Source: Veleropilina oligotropha
Taxonomy: Eukaryota
Length of the DNA: 64,000 nt
NCBI GenBank assembly: GCA_048128005.1
Contig: JBEUKZ010000014.1
Span: 124,001 to 188,000, forward strand
Direction of reading: 5' to 3'
Made by a program: the position numbers and the translations under genes
Part shown: positions 54,641 through 64,000 of the stretch, piece after piece
How the letters are laid out: each line of letters opens with the position of its first letter
Position numbering within the stretch: the stretch's first letter is position 1
The notes under the pieces: model-generated
Database searches by the model: none
What the model was told of the DNA's origin: nothing
What the model saw: only the letters and a program-made list of their open reading frames with translations

Positions 54641-54829
54641 TTTCACTATGTACAAATTTATCCGAAAACGACAAAAATCGTTAGGCAGGGTGTCCTCATC
54701 ATAACGAACGTGCATACTGAATTGAAATGATATTGAAATATAACTTTTCACTGTAGAGCGGCAACTCTGAATCGAATGCCGCAAATTTCAGATCTGTACA
54801 CAACGTGGGTCTCGAGTTCTGGCCTTTTT

Positions 54830-56005
54830 AAGAAAAATGTGGCGGCAATTTTGTTATTTAAAATATCTAAGCTCTAGCATCAATATTAACCGAGTTGGCC
54901 ATTTCCTGACAAACATGTCTTTTCCTTAATGGGGTCATTTTCTGCAATGTAGGTCAACTGAGGTCAAAGGCCAAGGTCACATGTGAAAGATCAACCATGA
55001 CTTCCCATAGGCTCCCCATAGTAACTATGTGTCCACGGTGCATCCTTTTTTATATATTGACATTTGAAACAATATAATGGCCGCCGAGTCACTTCCTGCT
55101 TTTTAATTTTATCTGGCATAATTGGTAAATGTCGACTACATACGTCAATAGGAGTTCACTTTATCCTTTCTAGGCACACATATCCATTTTTCCTTAATTA
55201 GGTCTTTAGAGCAATGTAGGTCATCTGAGTTCAAAGGACATGGTGCAATTTGAAAGCCCAACCATGACTTCCCATAGTGACCATGTGTCTACGTTGCATC
55301 ATTTTCAAGATATAGCCATTTAAAGACCATTAAAATTTAAATCCAATATGGCTGCCGGTTAAATTTAAAAATTAAAAAATCCACCTCCATGATATTTTAG
55401 ACAATTACCTCTGGTATCTGAATATATAAATCATGCCACGCTAGGTTAAATATTAACAAATTTATAAAAGGAATTAGTTTTCTAATGAATTCAAGATGGC
55501 CACCAAAATCTTGAGGTCACGTGACCCAAAATATATAGGTGTTGTGTCCTCGCCCCAACCAATGCACATACGAAATTGGAATGTTCAAATGGCCTGTCTA
55601 GAGCGATCACAAAGAATTATGCTTAATATCCAAGATGGAGACCACAGCGGCCATCTTGGAGGTCGGACCACACCCAAATTCTATAGTTGCCGTGTCCTCG
55701 CCCCAACCAATGCACATACCAAATTTGGAAACATTCCGTTAAAAAATGGCCTGTCTAGTGCGATCACAAGGAATTATGCTTAAAATCCAAAATGGAGGCT
55801 GTGGCGGCCATCTTGGAGGTCGGACCACACCCAAATTCTTTAGGTGTCGATTCCTCGCCCCAACCAATGCACATACCAAATTTGAAAACATTCCGTTAAG
55901 AAATGGCCCGTCTAGTGCGATAACAAGGAATCTCTCGGCGGACGCGGCGGCGTAATGGATGCTAAACCATAGTATCCCCGATACTTTCGTTTCGGGGGAT
56001 ACAAT
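54830..56005 (+). mobile_element. Helentron/HINE-like non-autonomous element with internal tandem repeats
   Basis: Two diverged units containing gcaatgtaggtca...aaccatgacttcccatag, about three ~160-bp units (cctcgccccaaccaatgcacatac), and a terminal hairpin gtatccccga...tcggggatac. Confidence 0.65.
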
Positions 56006-56393
56006 TAATACATTTGTGTAATAAACATTGTGACCTACAGTTAAGTTCTATAATTCAGTTAAGTTCTATAATTTAAATGGTAATGTGTGCACTTTACATT
56101 GAAAATAGAAAGAGCTATTATAAACCTCTAGTATATATATATATAAGGGTATTTTGTCGTAATGGGCAGAATTCTACTTTTTCCTTGTCCCACGATTTCA
56201 AAGGCACCCCACACTATAAAATTTATCGATTTTACATCATCATAGATTCAGTCGTATTTTCATTATTGTATATTATGGTATTTAAAAGATTTTGACATCC
56301 CATAAATGATATGATAATATATTTATCCTTTTTCCAGACAATTTCTTCATTGTAAAATTGATATGTCACAACTTAAAGATGTTCAATTGCAGA

Positions 56394-56684
56394 GGCTGCT
56401 TCGGCAGCGCAGTGGGTAAGAGTGTCCACTATAAATTCGGCAGCGCAGTGGGTAAGAGTGTCCACTCTAAATTCACTGGCTTGATTCCGCTAATGCGAAC
56501 AGTAGTGGGTTCAATACCTGGCAGAGGCATTGACATTTGTTCAAGTTATGAATCACAGTTGTCCGCGACTGGCCGGGTTTACCCGGGCGACCAGGGTTTC
56601 CCCCGCGATAACACGGATACGTCCTGTCTTGAACCTCGATGTTGTAAATATACAGGACATGAAGCATCATTCCTCCCTCCCTCC
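56394..56684 (+). mobile_element. SINE family B, full length with a 36-bp head duplication
   Basis: ttcggcagcgcagtgggtaagagtgtccact.taaa occurs at 56400 and 56436; the body matches the 26675 copy; (tccc)n tail. Confidence 0.9.
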
Positions 56685-57295
56685 ACTAATTGCATGTTTT
56701 GATTATAATACGTAAGACTTTTAGCACAATCTGGAATAAAATTTTAACACATAATGACAAATCTGACGGCCAATAACCATTCACCTGGTGTCGACATACA
56801 TGAAGATGTAAATGTTTTCATTTACGGACACATTTTTAAACTTTCGCCAAATAAATGTAATGTAATTCATATGAAAATACATATATCAACACCATTTAAT
56901 ATATAAATTATATTGAAAGGAGCATATTCATTTGATGAAAGTAATAAGATGATTAGAGACATTCAGTACTGTACACTATGATTGTCACAAAACGGTAGAT
57001 GTGTTATCAAAGCATATGTCCGCTATACATATTATATATATATATGCAATGTGATAGTGTCTTAAATCATCAATACCGTTATGCACGGTATGCAATCCCA
57101 ATTGACGATTAATTATTAATGCTATTCATTCCTAGCAAATGCCAATTATATATCAGCAAACCATCATGCAATAGTATTTGAAGTTATACCCGTAATTCCA
57201 ACATTCTTTTTTAAAATGTGCTCGAGAACGACGCGTTCGTATTATGTCTTGACCTTAGTCTATTGGAGTCTCCTGTTATAATAGTGGACATTTAA

Positions 57296-58548
57296 AGATG
57301 CTGATTCCACTTCATTTCCTTCAAGTGGGATTTAACGCCAATTAATCTAACTGTTTTTGTATGTATTCTTTGTATAAAGTTATGCTGCATGGTATAGAGA
57401 TTACCATATCCAGCACAGGGGCCGGGACCACTGCTTATTGTTTGTCTGTTTACGTTTGACGATTAGCGCAGGTAACTGCACCTATATATAATATAGACAA
57501 GGGGCGGTCGGGAACAACAGAGTGTGCTGCACTCGACTTTGATAACATTACGAATATCTTACAAATTTAACACTCAGCGCTCACATGTATCGATAACTAT
57601 GTTGTTTAAGAAACAATATATTGCAAAATTAATTTACCTACCTCTTATAAACAACTACTAAGTAACGACCCGTAACAGTCAACTCTACGTGGAAATTTTG
57701 CTCCAAAATTTGACATTTCACAGATTGATTTCATTGGTCAATATTTGACCCAACGTATTAGAGAAATTTACGGTGCGAGACTTTGATTGAAGGTTAAAGT
57801 TCAGATTCAAAATACATTCAAGTATCTTTGCTGAAATATCAAATTCTGGGACGGAGTTTCCAAATAGAGTTGATTGTTATGGGTCATTAGTAGTTGCTTG
57901 CAATCTTGGCTTTGTATTTGTTTATACGAGGTAGTCACCATAGGTAAATTAATTTTTCAATATATTGTTATCGATACATGTGAGCGTTGAGTGTTAAATC
58001 AGCATTATTTGTCATGTTATCGAGTCGAGTGCAGCGTGTACTAATCGTCAAACGTAAACAGATGAACGATAAGCAGCGATCCAATATCCAGAAATAGAAT
58101 GTAAGATATGGTAATAAATGTTTAAAACGTCGATATTGAATTAAAAACGTGATCCTTTACGGCGGCTTCAGGAAAATCGCTCATATCGATATATATATAA
58201 ATTTTGTATGAAAACAATACATTATCGGAACATAAAGTGTCAACTAATGGCATGTACCGTGTTTTAAAATTATTCGATACATATATTGCTAATACAATGA
58301 TATTGTAACATTAATAAAATCGACTGGGGGAAACATCAACGACCTATATTCATTGGCTTCTAACGCATGCAACTGTTCACGCTAAGAGCATGTCTATGAC
58401 ATAAGCGATTATCTAATAATTAAAATATGTTATGCTGCATATTAACTTGCGTATCATCAAAATTTAATGAGTAGGTGATAAATACACACAATACACCATT
58501 TGTAGTTTTCTTCGAATGAAATTACGTAACGAAGCGGAATCAGCATCT
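57296..58548. mobile_element. Non-autonomous DNA transposon with TTAA target-site duplication (Kolobok-like termini) and a long internal fold-back
   Basis: TTAA|agatgctgattccacttc ... gaagcggaatcagcatct|TTAA. Internal inverted arms at about 57431-57700 and 57850-58078. Confidence 0.75.
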
Positions 58549-60410
58549 TTAAAATGATATTCTAATATATCCTAATAGATGTAGAAATGTACCTCAGATG
58601 CTTTCTCCTGCACCCTATGTTAGGATAATAATATTCAAAAAGTTACATCATTGCGGTTAAGTGGTAGGTGGATTACTAGATTATAATTTGTTAACTAAAA
58701 CATGCAATTTGAAAAAAAACAAGAAAGACGCGTTCGAAATATGTCTTGACCTTTCTTTATTACCCTCAAATTTTCATAACAGTTAATACAATGGCTAAGT
58801 GCAAGTACTTCATGGCTTAATTTACTACCCCATCGATTGTGACGTCACCAAATGACGATTAATCTAAAGCGACGTCGTAATGACGTCATTGCTATTTGCT
58901 TGCAATATTAGACATCCGTTATATACAAATATGGATAAAAGTGCTCAATAAATGCATATTTTTGCAAAATTGTGTCGCGAAAGTTATATACACGACCTAC
59001 AAATACTCTTGGGAATGTGCGTACCAATTTTGGTGAAAATTGATCGGGCAGTTTTCAAATAAATCGACGGATATATATATATAAGTATATAAGTATATAA
59101 GTATATACACACGGACCATTTGATAATGTCTTGTCCTTTTTTGCAAAAAGGTCAAGACATAAAAATACCTGCACACAGTCTGAAAACCGTTTATTAAGAC
59201 AGCTAAAGACGCAATATTTTGTTTTGGTTATACCGCATCCACTTCAGTATGCATGTTGAATTATAAATATTAATAGATATGTTCAAATGATGCGATATAA
59301 TAATATTACTTTACGTTATTGTAATAATCTGTTACGTTTTAACTTGTTTGAGTATTAATTTGGCGAAAAATGTGATTTTATGTCATTAATTCAATTATAA
59401 ATTTATTTAGCGGTGTATGATGTATTAATTTTGTATATATATGCTTTTAAATAGTGAGAAAGTGCTATGCATTATAAATATTTTGCACGGACAATGGCTT
59501 TTCTGTAAAGTCAATTAAACAACTAAATTACGAAATTAAATTAAAATTAAAAAAGTTATACAATATATTTTTACCTCGGCATGATAGTGAATCCGGCATA
59601 TTATGAGGAAAATACCCGCATTCTGATGAATTGTAGAATCGTCCTTTATTTAACACATCTGTACGTATCACGCTGATGAATGATTGAAAAGATAATAATA
59701 TAATTATTAATATCGTATGCTGTCCCACAGTTAGAACATAGAATTGCATTGGGCACACTGCTTTGCAGTCTTTTAGAGCCTTGTTTATTATTTCTGCACA
59801 ATTCATACGTTTATGATTACTGTTAGTGTTACAGTATATTCGCCCCGACGAAAACATAAAATTATCTCCCTTGTTAATTGGTTCACATTGCCGTTAATAA
59901 TATTGCTTAACTGCATTAATTAAGACTAGTATCGTAAGTAGGCCTATGCGGCGACTTATATAACTAAATATGATATCCTAAGTGATAGTAATACACAATG
60001 TACTCACCTATTTTGAAGTTTTCACACTTGAAACATTAAATCTAAAACTCTACCGAACAAAATGGCGGCGCCGTAAACAACCGGATCTTATATAATATAT
60101 AGGCCTATGTGAAAATTAGCATTTTATATGCTAAATCTGTTCCTAGGGTACCATTGCATCATGACACCCGAATACAGGTTTCGTAATAAAAATTCTTACG
60201 GCGTCAACATTTTTACACATTTTTACACATATCTTACTCTGTTTATGTTATAAAAACTATTTACGTCATATACTGTAAAGCGGTGAAAACCAAACATTCT
60301 AGTTTATTTTGAGATGATTCGGATGTACAGTGAATAAGTTATGATCAAATGTCGAATTGACACCCGAATAAAGTATTGCTTTATATGACACCTTACGTGA
60401 GGAAATAGAG

Positions 60411-62486
<2,076 letters not shown>

Positions 62487-63428
62487 TATCACATCCCGGC
62501 TCCTTTTACATAGCGCCAAAGTGTGTATTAAAAACGATAATACATACTGTTTATAACGACTTTCAAATTTTTGATTGATTTGATTAGATAATTTAATCAT
62601 TGAATCTAAATAACAGCCAATGGTAGAGCGTGTCACAAAAGGTCATTATCCATTGTGTACACAGGACTAATTTTTACTATTTGCGATTACCCGATCAGAA
62701 AAACATGGCCAAGGTCAAGGGAAAATACTGCAAATAACGACCAATATTTAGTTGAAATAATAGGAGCAGACATCCAGGTAAGATCGTTTAACTCCCGACC
62801 GTCATAGCATACAAAATTCAATGTACCGGTACATGATAAAAGTTTGCAATTAGTTTCCGCTATTCACAATAGTAGGTGTCCATTTCATTTCATTCATGGC
62901 CGCCATCTTAAGGTCGGTTCGAATTGATTTTAGATGGAAATTAACATATTAACGTTGTATTTATATAAAATTTATATCAAAACGTGTTTATATTTGTTAC
63001 CGTATACAAAGCCGTCAAATTTGTCATGATTCTGATGTTGTATGTGTACGCTGAAGAATTATAGTCGGCAGCAGACGACGCGTACCTCGGTTCAAACCGC
63101 CGGGATACGAAATCGACACAATATATGCAACCTTCACGCTTGTTTAATGTTATTTGAATAGAGTTTGTTGGATAGTATAATATTGAAATAAAAGCGACAT
63201 TAGTTATTTTCATAACCGCATTTGTTGCTCTTTATAGTTAATAGAGTAGATGAAGAACGGATATATTTTTCACACTCATTGGCACTTTTGCATGACTTGA
63301 ACAATCAATTTACCTTCTGCCATATTACTACGCCGCATACTTATGTCAGTAGTATTATGTTAGAACGTGACAGAAAAATTAAAAACAACGTTGTAAAGCT
63401 TGTTTCTTTATAAGCTTGAGATATATGA

Positions 63429-63587
63429 TAAATAGAATCTCACATTCGTGATCATTTAATATCACATTTATGAATCTCGTTAATTAATTTCCATATTTTC
63501 CTCGGTAAAACCTCGGAAAATATGAAAATTAGTTAACTCGTTTCATAAATGTTATATTAAATGACCATTCATGTGGGAACCTCTATA
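63429..63587. repeat. ~160-bp imperfect palindrome related to 13184..13335
   Basis: catttaatatcacatttatgaa...catattttcc..ggtaaaacc..ggaaaatatg...ttcataaatgttatattaaatg. Confidence 0.8.
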
Positions 63588-63936
63588 TATAATCACCAGA
63601 GGCATTGCTAGGCCTCCAAATTTAATGGTTACGACATCTAAATACTGTATACAATCATTCCTTCATGCAAATCCTGATTGTTTATATACACGTCTTAAAT
63701 GCACATGGAAATGTATATACATATACCAAGACGTGTTGAAAAACCTATAGGCCCTACCTTTGCCGTTCTTGTTCCATTTCGATTCAGTGGAAGATGTACG
63801 TGCCCCAACAACAAATACTAAACATTAAATGCGGTGTTGTCACATTATATAGTGTACATAGTATCAATTCAGCTGTCGGACCACAAGTACAATTTTACAC
63901 AATAGTTGCATGCTGTTTTTGGCTTGTTTCGCTTAC

Positions 63937-64000
63937 CACAGCATCCGTATTCATGTTGTTCGGATCGCGACTGTCCGTCACTAACGGCTCGCATGCCGAC
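63937..64000 (-). CDS. CAV: Caveolin, upstream coding exon (partial, runs off the window)
   Basis: The minus strand reads SACEPLVTDSRDPNNMNTDAV, followed by the donor GTAAGC (63936-63931) in phase 0. RDPxxxN is the motif just before the caveolin signature, and it joins in frame to 9411. Confidence 0.85.

Overview
AT-rich animal genomic DNA, probably from a marine invertebrate and possibly a mollusc (inferred from the repeat families only). One host gene is recognisable: a caveolin on the minus strand. Its last coding exon is 9076..9411 ([10 protein letters not shown]... to the stop). The preceding exon (...DSRDPNNMNTDAV) lies at 63937..>64000, so most of the window appears to be one intron of about 54.5 kb. 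That intron and the 3' flank are filled with transposon debris: two tRNA-derived SINE families, CR1/L2-group and RTE LINE remnants (one nearly complete PHD-endonuclease-RT ORF), an Academ-like transposase fragment, TIR MITEs, satellite-bearing Helitron-like repeats, two local tandem duplications and two kinds of Penelope-like element. The most striking structure is a near-perfect fold-back at 60865..62362, with 737-bp arms from a Naiad-like Penelope element embedded in (TA)n. Each arm carries an intact GIY-YIG reading frame and a complete type I hammerhead ribozyme, and one ribozyme is sense to the caveolin pre-mRNA. No prokaryotic-type system (CRISPR, operon) is present. Most short ORFs in the track are noise. 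All family names come from motif recognition by eye, not from database searches.
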